NCBI GenBank assembly: GCA_038258695.1
Contig: JBBSPO010000001.1
Span: 1-41,705 of the forward strand
Source of the DNA: Gemmatimonadales bacterium
GTDB lineage: Bacteria > Gemmatimonadota > Gemmatimonadetes > Gemmatimonadales > Gemmatimonadaceae
Direction: 5' to 3'
Length of the DNA: 41,705 nt
Shown: piece by piece, positions 9,041-17,217 of the stretch
How the letters are laid out: every line of letters begins with the position of its first letter
Position numbering within the stretch: position 1 is the stretch's first letter
Made by a program: the position numbers and the translations under genes
The notes under the pieces: generated by a model
Seen by the model: only the letters and a program-made list of their open reading frames with translations
The model's database searches: none
Told to the model about the DNA's origin: nothing

Positions 9041-9154
9041 TCAGCGGTTGGGACGTTGAACCGAGTGCTGAGCATGTCTCAGCGGTTGGGACGTCAAACC
9101 AACGGCCGAGCATCGTTCAGCGGTCAAGCCGTTCAAAGGCCGAGTCCTGCGCGG
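9041..9154. repeat. 38-bp tandem repeat x3 derived from the 3' end of cydB
   Basis: Units start at 9041, 9079 and 9117, each with TCAGCGGT. Units 1 and 2 match at 29 of 38 positions. Unit 3 is the real cydB terminus (minus strand ...FERLDR-TGA) and matches more weakly, with an indel. Because 38 is not a multiple of 3, the three TGAs fall in three different frames. Confidence 0.8.
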
Positions 9155-10202
9155 CGGTGCCGCCAACATCGCGTCGTTTGAACACACGGAACAGATACAC
9201 AAAACTCGGCAGCAGAATAACCGTACCCACACCCAGCACCGCGAGAATGAGCTGCTGCGTGATGCGTGGCGCCGAGAGTTCGGTGATGGTGTGCGTAGGC
9301 GGTACTAGCCAGGGAAACTGCGACCACGCCCAGCCCCACACGAGGAACGAGCCCTGTGCCGCCGCGGCGATCACGGCCGTCAGCCAGTGGCGGCGCCAGA
9401 GTGCCCACACGCCTGCCAATCCGGCGATCGCCGTCACCGTCTGCATGCCAAGCGCGGTCCGTCCGGAAGTCAGTCCCTCAAAGACCAGCGGGGCGTGAGT
9501 GCGTGCGAGCAAAATGGTGGCCGTCCCGGCCACAAACACACAAATCGCCGCCTGCAGTGCACGCGCACGAAAGTCGTTTTCGAGCTCCCGGTCTTCACTT
9601 TCCCAGGCGAGATACACGGCTGCGAGATGCGCAAAGAGCGCCAGTGTCAGCACACCGACGGCAAGTGTAAATGGCGTCAGCCATGGTGTGAGGTACAGCT
9701 CGGTAAACGTTTGCGTGCCGTCGGGCGGCGTCATGGGCACATTGCCACTGGCCACCGCACCCAGGCACACACCGAGCAATACCGGGGTGACCACACTGGC
9801 AATCGCGAACACACGTCCCCAGCGTCGCTGTACGTTGTCGGCCTTGCTGTCGTAGCTGCGAAAAGTGAACGCCGAACCGCGCAGCACAATGCCTACCAGC
9901 ATGAGCGTAATCGGGATGTGCAGCGCCGTCGAAAAATGCGCAAACGCGCGCGGAAAACAGGTGAACAGCAACACGACCACAAGAATCAGCCACACATGAT
10001 TGGCTTCCCAGATTGGTCCGATGGCATCGGCCACGGCGGTACGCTGCTCCTCCTGTCGCTTGCCACTGGCCAGCAGGTCCCAGACGCCGCCTCCAAAATC
10101 GGCGCCGGCCAGCAACACGTACGCGTTGAGTGACAGCACCATCACACCTGCAACGGCATGCGGCAGCGTGAACAGCGGTGGCAACGTGTCGGCCACGCTC
10201 AT
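9117..10202 (-). CDS. cydB: Cytochrome bd ubiquinol oxidase subunit II
   Basis: I trimmed the track ORF (to 10475) to the ATG at 10202-10200, which overlaps the cydA TGA (ATGA). The N-terminus MSVADTL...LNAYVLLAGADFGGGVWDLLASGKRQEEQR...IGPIWEANHVWLI is typical of CydB. The protein is 361 aa and polytopic. Confidence 0.9.
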   Translation of the reverse strand: MSVADTLPPLFTLPHAVAGVMVLSLNAYVLLAGADFGGGVWDLLASGKRQEEQRTAVADAIGPIWEANHVWLILVVVLLFTCFPRAFAHFSTALHIPITLMLVGIVLRGSAFTFRSYDSKADNVQRRWGRVFAIASVVTPVLLGVCLGAVASGNVPMTPPDGTQTFTELYLTPWLTPFTLAVGVLTLALFAHLAAVYLAWESEDRELENDFRARALQAAICVFVAGTATILLARTHAPLVFEGLTSGRTALGMQTVTAIAGLAGVWALWRRHWLTAVIAAAAQGSFLVWGWAWSQFPWLVPPTHTITELSAPRITQQLILAVLGVGTVILLPSFVYLFRVFKRRDVGGTAAQDSAFERLDR

Positions 10203-11563
10203 GTAGCCTGCGGGATTGGCAGCTCTTCGGTGAGGCCGGCCCTCGGCATGTTGCTCACACCGGTTTTGAGAATCTGGCGGTACAGCAACCACACCACCGC
10301 AATGGCCAGCCCAATGTAGAGCAAGGTGAAGCCAATAAACGGCACGATCAATCCGGGCACCGGAGAGACCGCGTCGGCGGTGCGCATGAAGCCTTGCACA
10401 ATCCACGGTTGACGGCCCACTTCCGTTACGGTCCATCCGGCTTCGATGGCGACAAAGCCCAATGGCGCCGTACACGCGAGTGCGCGCAGGAAGGCACGGT
10501 CATTGGGCAGCGACTTGCCGCGTCCGCGTTTGCGTCGCCAGATGCGCAGTAGCGTCCACATGGACACGGCGCCCATGATCACGCCACAGGCAATCATGAT
10601 CTGAAACGCCACGTGTACAATGCCAACGGGCGGACGGTCTGTGGGCGGCACCGCATCAAGGCCGGGAATACTTGCCGAAGCATCGCCCTTCATGACCAGC
10701 GAAATGGCGCCGGGTATTTCAACGGCAAACTTATTGCTTCCTGTGGTGACATCGGGCCAGCCACCAATCACAAACGGCATGGGGCCCGTGTGATGATGCG
10801 CTTCCATGGCCGCAAACTTGACGGGTTGATATTCCGCCACATGGCGCGCCGAGAGATCTCCCGACAGCGGCTGCAGCAACGATGCGGGCACACCAACCAG
10901 TAGTCCGATATGCAGCGCATTCCGGTGAAATGCTTTGTGCGGCGTGTTGCGCAACAGGGCAATGGCGTGAATGCCAGCGGTGGCAAACCCTGTGGCCGCG
11001 TACGCCGCCAGCGTCATGTGCAGCACCTGTGTGAACGACGCCGGATTGAGCATGGCGGCAATGGGGTTAACGTTGCTTATCACACCGTCAATCACATCAA
11101 ACCCCGTGGGCGCGTTCATCCAGGCGTTGGCCGTAACCACAAACGCACCCGACATCGCGCCGCTGATGGCCACCACGATGCCAGCCGCCAGATGCGCGCG
11201 CGGCGAGATGCGGTCCCACGCGTACAGGTAAATGCCCAGAAAAATGGCTTCGGTAAAAAAGGCCAATCCTTCGAGTGAAAACGGCATGCCAATAATGCCG
11301 CCGGCGTGCTCCATGAACGTGGGCCAGAGCAGTCCAAGTTCAAACGACAGCACGGTGCCCGACACAGCACCCACGGCAAACAGAATTGCGGTGCCCTTGG
11401 CCCAGCGCTTGGCCAGCTCCTTGAGCAACGGGTCGCCATGCTTCTGGTACCGGTACTCGGCGATTACCATCAGCGCTGGCATGCCAATGCCAACGACGGC
11501 AAAAAGTATGTGAAAGCCGAGCGACATGGCCATTTGGCTGCGCGCGGCGAGCAGATCAGTCAT
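10199..11563 (-). CDS. cydA: Cytochrome bd ubiquinol oxidase subunit I
   Basis: 454 aa. The N-terminus LLAARSQMAMSLGFHILFAVVGIGMP is typical of CydA. A Q-loop-like region and multiple TM helices are present. ATG at 11563. Confidence 0.95.
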   Translation of the reverse strand: MTDLLAARSQMAMSLGFHILFAVVGIGMPALMVIAEYRYQKHGDPLLKELAKRWAKGTAILFAVGAVSGTVLSFELGLLWPTFMEHAGGIIGMPFSLEGLAFFTEAIFLGIYLYAWDRISPRAHLAAGIVVAISGAMSGAFVVTANAWMNAPTGFDVIDGVISNVNPIAAMLNPASFTQVLHMTLAAYAATGFATAGIHAIALLRNTPHKAFHRNALHIGLLVGVPASLLQPLSGDLSARHVAEYQPVKFAAMEAHHHTGPMPFVIGGWPDVTTGSNKFAVEIPGAISLVMKGDASASIPGLDAVPPTDRPPVGIVHVAFQIMIACGVIMGAVSMWTLLRIWRRKRGRGKSLPNDRAFLRALACTAPLGFVAIEAGWTVTEVGRQPWIVQGFMRTADAVSPVPGLIVPFIGFTLLYIGLAIAVVWLLYRQILKTGVSNMPRAGLTEELPIPQAT

Positions 11564-11618
11564 GGAGTTACTGAGGGGTGTTCGAGTGGCCGCGTCCTAC
11601 GGCGCACTGTAGTTTTCG

Positions 11619-13391
11619 ATGATGTCAGCAAAGTTAAGGCGGTACGGTGCGACGGGGATAATTTGCGCTGTGCGCGCACTCTGTCGGGCCGCGCCGTTGG
11701 CGCTGATTTGGTTAGCGACGTGCATGGCAACGGGGACGGCGTCTGCGCCTGCGGCTGGCGCACAAACGGTGCGCGGGTCAGTGACCGACGAGGCGTCCTT
11801 CCCGGTGGGTCGCGCGATGGTGCTGCTGCTCGACTCAACGCTGTCGGTGACTGACCGGGTGGTCACGGGCGAGCGCGGCGAGTTCGTGGCCCGGAGTACT
11901 GTTGGCGGCACGTATCGGTTGCGCGTGGTACGCATCGGGTACCGGCCCACGCTCTCTGATGCGTTTACGCTCGCGGCCGGTGAAACGGTTGAGCAAGCGC
12001 TGGTTGTCAGCAGCGCGCGCGTGCAGTTATCGGCCGTGAGCGTGCAGGGGCGGCGCAGCTGCGGACGCGCGGTTGACTACGGCAATGAGGCGGAGCGCAC
12101 AGGCTGGGAGCAGGCCATGGCGTCCATGGCCAACGTTGTCACGTCATCTGCAGCCGGCTTTTTGGCCACCACGCTGGTGATGCAACGCGAGCTCGATGGA
12201 TCGGGCCGTCGCGTGCAGTCTCAGCAAGTGCGCACGCGAACCGCATCTGTCACGGAGCCGTGGATTTCATTGCCTGTGGACAGCCTGCGCCGGAACGGAT
12301 ATGTGTTCACGGACGAGACGGACAGTCTGACCTTTGTTGCGCCAAGTGCCGCAGTGCTGCTCTCCGATACGTTTCTCGAAGACCATTGCATTGAACCTGT
12401 GGCCGGCAGCGATTCATCGGAGTTCGGGATTCTGTTTACCCCTGCTCCGTCTCGCCGCAACATGGCCGAAGTACGCGGCGTGCTGTGGCTCTCGCGCGAG
12501 TCGGCAGAACTGCGGCGTCTTGAGTTTTTGTATGTAAACGTGCCGGGCATGCAGGATGTCCGGATGGGGTCGGGTGTGGCACCGGGCGGACTGCTCGAGT
12601 TCTCGCGTCTGGCCGACGGAACGGTTGTGATCACCAACTGGGAGATCCGGGTGCCCGTATTGGCTGAGCGGCGCTGGAATGCCGCCACGTCGCGGGCGCG
12701 GGTGCAGGCGCTCCATGTGCTCGGCGGACGGACACTGCTGCTGCGGCGGAATCGGGATACGCTGTATCGTGCGCCGCTGGTGAGCGTGGCCGGTGTGGTA
12801 CGCGATTCATCGTCCAACCGTGGTCTGGTTGGTGCGTCCGTGCGTTTGGCTGGAACCGGCACGCGCGTGATCACAGACGCCCGGGGGCGCTTTATCATGC
12901 GCGATGTGTTGCCCGGCGAGTACCTGATTGAAGCGTGGACCGACTCACTGGAGCTGGTTGGCGTGCGCCCAACCACAGAGCTCACGCTGACAGAAGCGCG
13001 CAACGACGTGGCCATGGTTCTGCCGACCTTGAGGCAGGCGACCCGTTTGCTGTGCGCGGCGGCAGACGGCCATCGCGATACGAACGCTCGCGGCGGGGTG
13101 GTGGGCACGGTGCGCATGCTCGCCGACACCGGAGCTGTCGCGCTGGCCAATGTGCGCGTGGTCGTGAGCTGGTCTGAGATCAGGTCGGGGGCCGATATGC
13201 TGGGCGCGGTGGACAAACGGCTGGAGACGCGCTCCGCCTCCGACGGCACGTTTGCGCTGTGCGGCGTCCCGCTGGACGCGGCGATTTCCGTGCGTGCGCT
13301 ACTGCTCGGCGGCCTTTCGGCACCTGAGCAGCTGCGTCTTCACAAGTCTTCGCCCGTTGCAGCGCTGTTGCTGACCGTCGAAACTCGCTAA
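11619..13391 (+). CDS. Secreted protein with two carboxypeptidase-regulatory-like (CarboxypepD_reg) domains
   Basis: A signal-like N-terminus is followed by VRGSVTDEASFPVGRAMVLLLDS...GERGEFV...GTYRLRVVRIGYRP. A second copy reads VAGVVRDSSSNRGLVGASVRLAGTGTRVITDARGRFIMRDVLPGEYLIEAW. There is no TonB-dependent receptor barrel. Confidence 0.75.
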   Translation: MMSAKLRRYGATGIICAVRALCRAAPLALIWLATCMATGTASAPAAGAQTVRGSVTDEASFPVGRAMVLLLDSTLSVTDRVVTGERGEFVARSTVGGTYRLRVVRIGYRPTLSDAFTLAAGETVEQALVVSSARVQLSAVSVQGRRSCGRAVDYGNEAERTGWEQAMASMANVVTSSAAGFLATTLVMQRELDGSGRRVQSQQVRTRTASVTEPWISLPVDSLRRNGYVFTDETDSLTFVAPSAAVLLSDTFLEDHCIEPVAGSDSSEFGILFTPAPSRRNMAEVRGVLWLSRESAELRRLEFLYVNVPGMQDVRMGSGVAPGGLLEFSRLADGTVVITNWEIRVPVLAERRWNAATSRARVQALHVLGGRTLLLRRNRDTLYRAPLVSVAGVVRDSSSNRGLVGASVRLAGTGTRVITDARGRFIMRDVLPGEYLIEAWTDSLELVGVRPTTELTLTEARNDVAMVLPTLRQATRLLCAAADGHRDTNARGGVVGTVRMLADTGAVALANVRVVVSWSEIRSGADMLGAVDKRLETRSASDGTFALCGVPLDAAISVRALLLGGLSAPEQLRLHKSSPVAALLLTVETR

Positions 13392-13670
13392 CCAGCACTG
13401 GTTGAGCGAGGACGCCGAGTGCGTCCATGCGATACGGGGGATCTCGCGCGCACGCGGTGTCGTGTTGGCGCCCTGACCCAGTCGCCGTCCCGATATTCCC
13501 GCGCCGGCGCCCCCAACGCGGCACCAAACGCAGTAGATTACAGATTGGACCTCAGGCGACGCGGCCGGTGTCAGAATACACAACCCGCCGGGGTGGTCGA
13601 GGTGTCTAATACGTTGGCTCAGCGACCGTCAGCGTCTGACTGCATTTCCCGTTCCTTCCGTTTGCCTTCC

Positions 13671-14405
13671 ATGCGCTCGTTCCTTCGCCCGTTTTTACTC
13701 GCGGCCAGTGCCGCCCTCGTGGTTGGCTGCGCCAGCGCACGCCCCGCTCAGCCCAACTTTGTACCTGGTCTTGAGGGCGCGATACTGCGCGCGCGCGCGG
13801 ACAGTCTGCGCTATCCGTATACCGAGGCGGATATCGGCTTCATGCGCGACATGATTCATCACCACGCGCAGGCCATCGTGATGTCCAAATGGACGGATTC
13901 GCACGGCGCTGATGCGGCGGTGGTTCGCCTGTCCAAGCGCATTATCAACGCGCAGACCGACGAAATCACGATCATGCGCCACTGGCTGGAAGACCGGAAT
14001 CAGGTGCCGCCCACCGTCGACTCCATGGGTAATGTGTCCATGGGCACCGCGTCGGCGACCGCCGATCCGCACGCCGGCCACAACATGCCCGCACACAACA
14101 TGCCGGGCCACGATATGTCATCCATGCCGGCAATGGCGTCCATGCCCGGTATGCTCACCGCCGCTCAGATGGCCGAACTCAACGCCGCCCGCGGCAGCGA
14201 GTTTGACCGGCTGTATCTCACCTTCATGATGCAGCACCATCAGGGCGCAGTGGCCATGGTGAAGGAGCTCTTTACGTCTCCGGGAGCAGGACAGGACGAG
14301 ACCATCTTCAAGTTTGCCAACGATGTTGAAGTGGACCAGTCCACCGAAATTCGTCGCATGCTCACGATGATGCTCGAGCTGGGATTTGCGCCACCGCTCG
14401 GGTGA
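13671..14405 (+). CDS. DUF305-family lipoprotein with a Met/His-rich insert
   Basis: I trimmed the track ORF (13419) to the ATG at 13671. The lipoprotein signal is LLAASAALVVGC. The two DUF305 half-motifs are FMRDMIHHHAQAIVMS and FMMQHHQGAVAMV. The linker reads PHAGHNMPAHNMPGHDMSSMPAMASMPGM. Confidence 0.85.
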   Translation: MRSFLRPFLLAASAALVVGCASARPAQPNFVPGLEGAILRARADSLRYPYTEADIGFMRDMIHHHAQAIVMSKWTDSHGADAAVVRLSKRIINAQTDEITIMRHWLEDRNQVPPTVDSMGNVSMGTASATADPHAGHNMPAHNMPGHDMSSMPAMASMPGMLTAAQMAELNAARGSEFDRLYLTFMMQHHQGAVAMVKELFTSPGAGQDETIFKFANDVEVDQSTEIRRMLTMMLELGFAPPLG

Positions 14406-14466
14406 GTCGCGATCAGTTGTACCGCAGTACGGTGTTTCTCACGTTCGCCAACACAGAGGACTTTGC

Positions 14467-16479
14467 ATGACCGTTCCGCATTTGCGCCGCCCCGGCGCGC
14501 TTACACACGCCGCCCGGCTGACGTCCGTTGCCACGCTGGCCGTGGTGACCGCTTGTTCGTCGGGCACACCAACGCCCGCGCCTACCCCAACGAATCCGGC
14601 CACCGATCCACGCGTTGGACTCAAGGCTGGCTTGTTCGACGCCGGCGAAGCGATTTCCAACATGAAGCTCAGCGCCACGGTGCGCTCCCCCGAAGGCTTC
14701 CTTGGCGTCACCAACTCCGATCTGGCGTTCCTGGGTAACTACGCCATTCAGGGCAACTACAACGGCCCGGTGATCTGGGACGTGTCCAATCCCAACAGCC
14801 CCACGCTGGTCACCGCGTATCCCTGCCCCGCGTCGCAGAACGACGTGTCGGTATATCGCAACCTGATGTTCATGTCGGCCGAAGCGCAGAATGGCCGCAC
14901 CGACTGCATGCCTGGCGGTGTGCGTGAGACGGTGAGCCCGCTGCGCATGCGCGGTGTGCGCGTGTTCGACATCAGTGACATCAAGTCGCCCAAGCTGATC
15001 GCCAACGTGCAGACGTGCCGCGGTTCGCACACGCACACGGTGCTCGAAGATCCCAAGGACAAGGACAACGTCTACATCTACGTGTCGGGTTCGTCGAGCA
15101 TCCGTTCAGCTGATGAGCTGGCGGGTTGCGTAGGTGATGCGGACAGCGATGACCCCAACTCGTCCCGCTTGCGCATTGAAATCATCAAGGTGCCGTTGGC
15201 CGATCCGTCAAAGGCCGCCGTTGTAGGCAAGGCCAACATTTTCGCCGGCCTGCAGGCGCCGCCGCGTCATGGTTTGTCGGATGCGGATATGGCGGCTGCG
15301 GCTCGTAATCTCGAAAACGTTCGTCGGAGCGGTGGTTTCATCGCACGCAATCCGCAGTCGGGTCAGGAAACGGAAGTGCCGCGTCGCATGGTCATTGTGT
15401 TGCTCGACAGCATTGTGAAGGCGCGTGGAGCCACCGGTGCCGCAACCAGTGCCGACAGCGCAACACTGCGTGGCGCCATTCAGGGCATCATGAACCGCAC
15501 CTTTGCGGCCGCTCCGGCGCCGCGACAGGGCAACGCCAACGCGGCGGTGTCTGAAGGCGCGCAGTGCCACGACATCACCGTGTATCCGGCCGTTGGACTG
15601 GCGGGTGGCGCGTGTGAAGGACATGGTCTGCTCATCGACATCAGCGACCCGGTCAACCCGGTGCGTCTCGATGCCGTAGCCGACTCGAACTTTGCCTACT
15701 GGCACTCGGCCACGTTCAACAACGATGGTACGCAGCTGCTGTTCTCCGATGAATGGGGCGGTGGTGGTGGTCCGAAGTGCCGCGAAGGCGACAAGCCGGA
15801 GTGGGGCGCCAACGCGATCTTCGCCATTGAAAACAAGAAGCTCGTGTTCAAGAGCTACTACAAGCTGCCGTCGTATCAGTCGGAAACGGAAAACTGCGTG
15901 GCGCACAACGGCTCGCTGATTCCGATTCCGGATCGCGATGTGATGGTGCAGGCGTGGTACCAGGGCGGCATCTCGGTGTTTGACTGGAGCGATCCGGCCA
16001 AACCGTTTGAAATCGCGTCGTACGACCGTGGCCCGATCGATGACTCGCGTCTGGTGAGCGGCGGATCGTGGTCGGCGTACTGGTACAACGGTGCGATTGT
16101 GAGCTCCGAAATCGCGCGTGGTCTGGACGTGGTGGAACTGACGCCCAGCCGCTTTGTCACACAGAACGAAATCGATGCGGCCAAGACGGTAAAGTGGGAA
16201 TATCTCAACGCGCAGGGTCAGCCCAAGATCGATTGGCCGCCCAGCTTCCCGCTGGTCAAGGCGTACACCGATCAGCTGGAGCGCAAGGGCTGCGTGAGTG
16301 ATGCGCGCATCTCCACCATTCGTGCAGCAATCGCTGGCGCCGAACGCGCCACGGGTGCAGCGCGCAACACGGCGCTCACGCGTCTTGAGTCGGACATTGA
16401 ACTCGAGCGCAGCTGCGATGCGAGGAAGGTTGATCTGATGAAGAAGGCGTTGAGCGGTATGCGCACGCAGATGATGTAA
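14467..16479 (+). CDS. LVIVD-repeat beta-propeller lipoprotein
   Basis: I trimmed the track ORF (14386) to the ATG at 14467. The lipoprotein signal is SVATLAVVTAC. Repeated LVIVD-type strands are GVRVFDISDIKSPKLIANV, GLLIDISDPVNPVRLDAV, GISVFDWSDPAKPFEIASYD and GLDVVELT. Confidence 0.75.
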   Translation: MTVPHLRRPGALTHAARLTSVATLAVVTACSSGTPTPAPTPTNPATDPRVGLKAGLFDAGEAISNMKLSATVRSPEGFLGVTNSDLAFLGNYAIQGNYNGPVIWDVSNPNSPTLVTAYPCPASQNDVSVYRNLMFMSAEAQNGRTDCMPGGVRETVSPLRMRGVRVFDISDIKSPKLIANVQTCRGSHTHTVLEDPKDKDNVYIYVSGSSSIRSADELAGCVGDADSDDPNSSRLRIEIIKVPLADPSKAAVVGKANIFAGLQAPPRHGLSDADMAAAARNLENVRRSGGFIARNPQSGQETEVPRRMVIVLLDSIVKARGATGAATSADSATLRGAIQGIMNRTFAAAPAPRQGNANAAVSEGAQCHDITVYPAVGLAGGACEGHGLLIDISDPVNPVRLDAVADSNFAYWHSATFNNDGTQLLFSDEWGGGGGPKCREGDKPEWGANAIFAIENKKLVFKSYYKLPSYQSETENCVAHNGSLIPIPDRDVMVQAWYQGGISVFDWSDPAKPFEIASYDRGPIDDSRLVSGGSWSAYWYNGAIVSSEIARGLDVVELTPSRFVTQNEIDAAKTVKWEYLNAQGQPKIDWPPSFPLVKAYTDQLERKGCVSDARISTIRAAIAGAERATGAARNTALTRLESDIELERSCDARKVDLMKKALSGMRTQMM

Positions 16480-16530
16480 GCTCGACGGCTGAACAGTGCA
16501 TTCGCAATTGTTGCGAGTGTGCTGCTCAAC

Positions 16531-16574
16531 AAAACGCGCCGCGATCATCAGTGATCGCGGCGCGTTTTGTTTTT
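16531..16574. terminator. Rho-independent (bidirectional) terminator between convergent genes
   Basis: A perfect 12-bp stem, CGCGCCGCGATC (16535-16546) with GATCGCGGCGCG (16553-16564), closes a 6-nt loop. It is flanked by AAAA upstream and TTTTGTTTTT downstream. Confidence 0.85.
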
Positions 16575-16641
16575 CGCATGCTATGCTGGCATGCTACACC
16601 GTGATGGCCGGACAGTCAGGTTGCCAACACGGTACGACGAG

Positions 16642-17184
16642 CTATCGCGTGATCACCAGCCCAAGTTCGGCTCGCGTAGTCACGCCGATTTCATCGCCCG
16701 ACATGGCGTGTGTTCGCAGCGTGAGACGCGGTCCGATGCCTCGGCGCACACCCGCACTGATCACGCCACCGGCGCCAGCGCGCCCCACTCCAAAGCGAGT
16801 GTACGTGACGCCCGGACCCACAAAGATGCCCCACGCCTGATCTTGCGGCGTGACCAGCCAAAGCGCTGCGGCATCACCGAACACGCCCGACGGGCTACTG
16901 CCAGGCGAGGCTCCTAGTGACGCGCCGGCCCCTGCAGACATGGCCAAGCGGAAGCGGCTTCCCGCACCGATTTCCACGGCGGCGCCGAGCAACGGCACGC
17001 TAGCGCTCGTACTGTTGTCGACCACGTCCAAGCCTGTGGCGAAGGTGCCTGTGCCGACAAACGCGGAGAATACCGCGTTTGGGCGACTTTCGCTGGCTGC
17101 TTGTGCGTGTAGGGCAGTTGAGGTGCCCGTGAGCAGCGCTAGTATGGCAAGGCCGATTGTTTGTATTGCGACGCGGTTAGTCAC
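16642..17184 (-). CDS. Small secreted Gly/Ala-rich protein, possibly a small beta-barrel OMP
   Basis: The signal peptide is IQTIGLAILALLTGTSTALHAQ. The track start at 17187 is TTG. The GTG at 17184 lies 6 nt after a GGAGGTGA Shine-Dalgarno sequence and is preferred. No family was recognised. Confidence 0.55.
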   Translation of the reverse strand: MTNRVAIQTIGLAILALLTGTSTALHAQAASESRPNAVFSAFVGTGTFATGLDVVDNSTSASVPLLGAAVEIGAGSRFRLAMSAGAGASLGASPGSSPSGVFGDAAALWLVTPQDQAWGIFVGPGVTYTRFGVGRAGAGGVISAGVRRGIGPRLTLRTHAMSGDEIGVTTRAELGLVITR

Positions 17185-17217
17185 CAATCACCTCCGTTTC
17201 ATTGCATTAGACCGCGA

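Noticed and set aside
8963-9113. Looked for a CydX-like small subunit ORF downstream of cydB
   Set aside because: The only candidate is about 50 codons from the ATG at 9113 (MLGRWFDVPTAE...). It is not hydrophobic, lies within the repeat copies and overlaps the regulator start.
9041-9154. Considered whether the 38-bp tandem repeat could be a mini CRISPR array
   Set aside because: The units are directly abutting with no spacers. There are only three diverged copies, one of which is coding sequence, and no cas genes are in the window.
8506-9498. 330-aa plus-strand ORF spanning the response regulator, the spacer and the cydB 3' end
   Set aside because: It crosses two well-supported minus-strand genes and an intergenic repeat. 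Its composition is implausible, so it is a GC artefact.
10203-10475. N-terminal extensions of track ORFs (cydB to 10475; PIG-L to 37084; TPR from 25664; DUF305 from 13419; LVIVD from 14386; nadA, nadB, M28, permease and others)
   Set aside because: The extensions overlap the preceding gene or lack coding character. Internal starts coincide with stop/start overlaps, SD-like sequences or the beginning of signal peptides.
13566-13640. GGTGTC(AG/T)AATAC direct repeat and a GTCAG-cgt-CTGAC palindrome upstream of the DUF305 gene as a possible metal-regulator operator
   Set aside because: The arms are only 5 bp and the repeats are imperfect. There is no resemblance I can defend to CueR, CsoR or CopY operators. 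It is worth checking only if the locus proves metal-regulated.
15208-16548. 446-aa minus-strand ORF antisense to the LVIVD gene (similar cases: 12221-13249, 29060-29950, 14413-15036)
   Set aside because: Same reasoning applies. The sequences are Arg/His-rich and low in complexity, with no domains, and they overlap genes with clear family motifs on the other strand.
16576-16596. GCATGCTA direct repeat (two copies 13 bp apart) between convergent genes
   Set aside because: It is too short to distinguish from chance. It lies downstream of a strong terminator, where no regulatory role is obvious.
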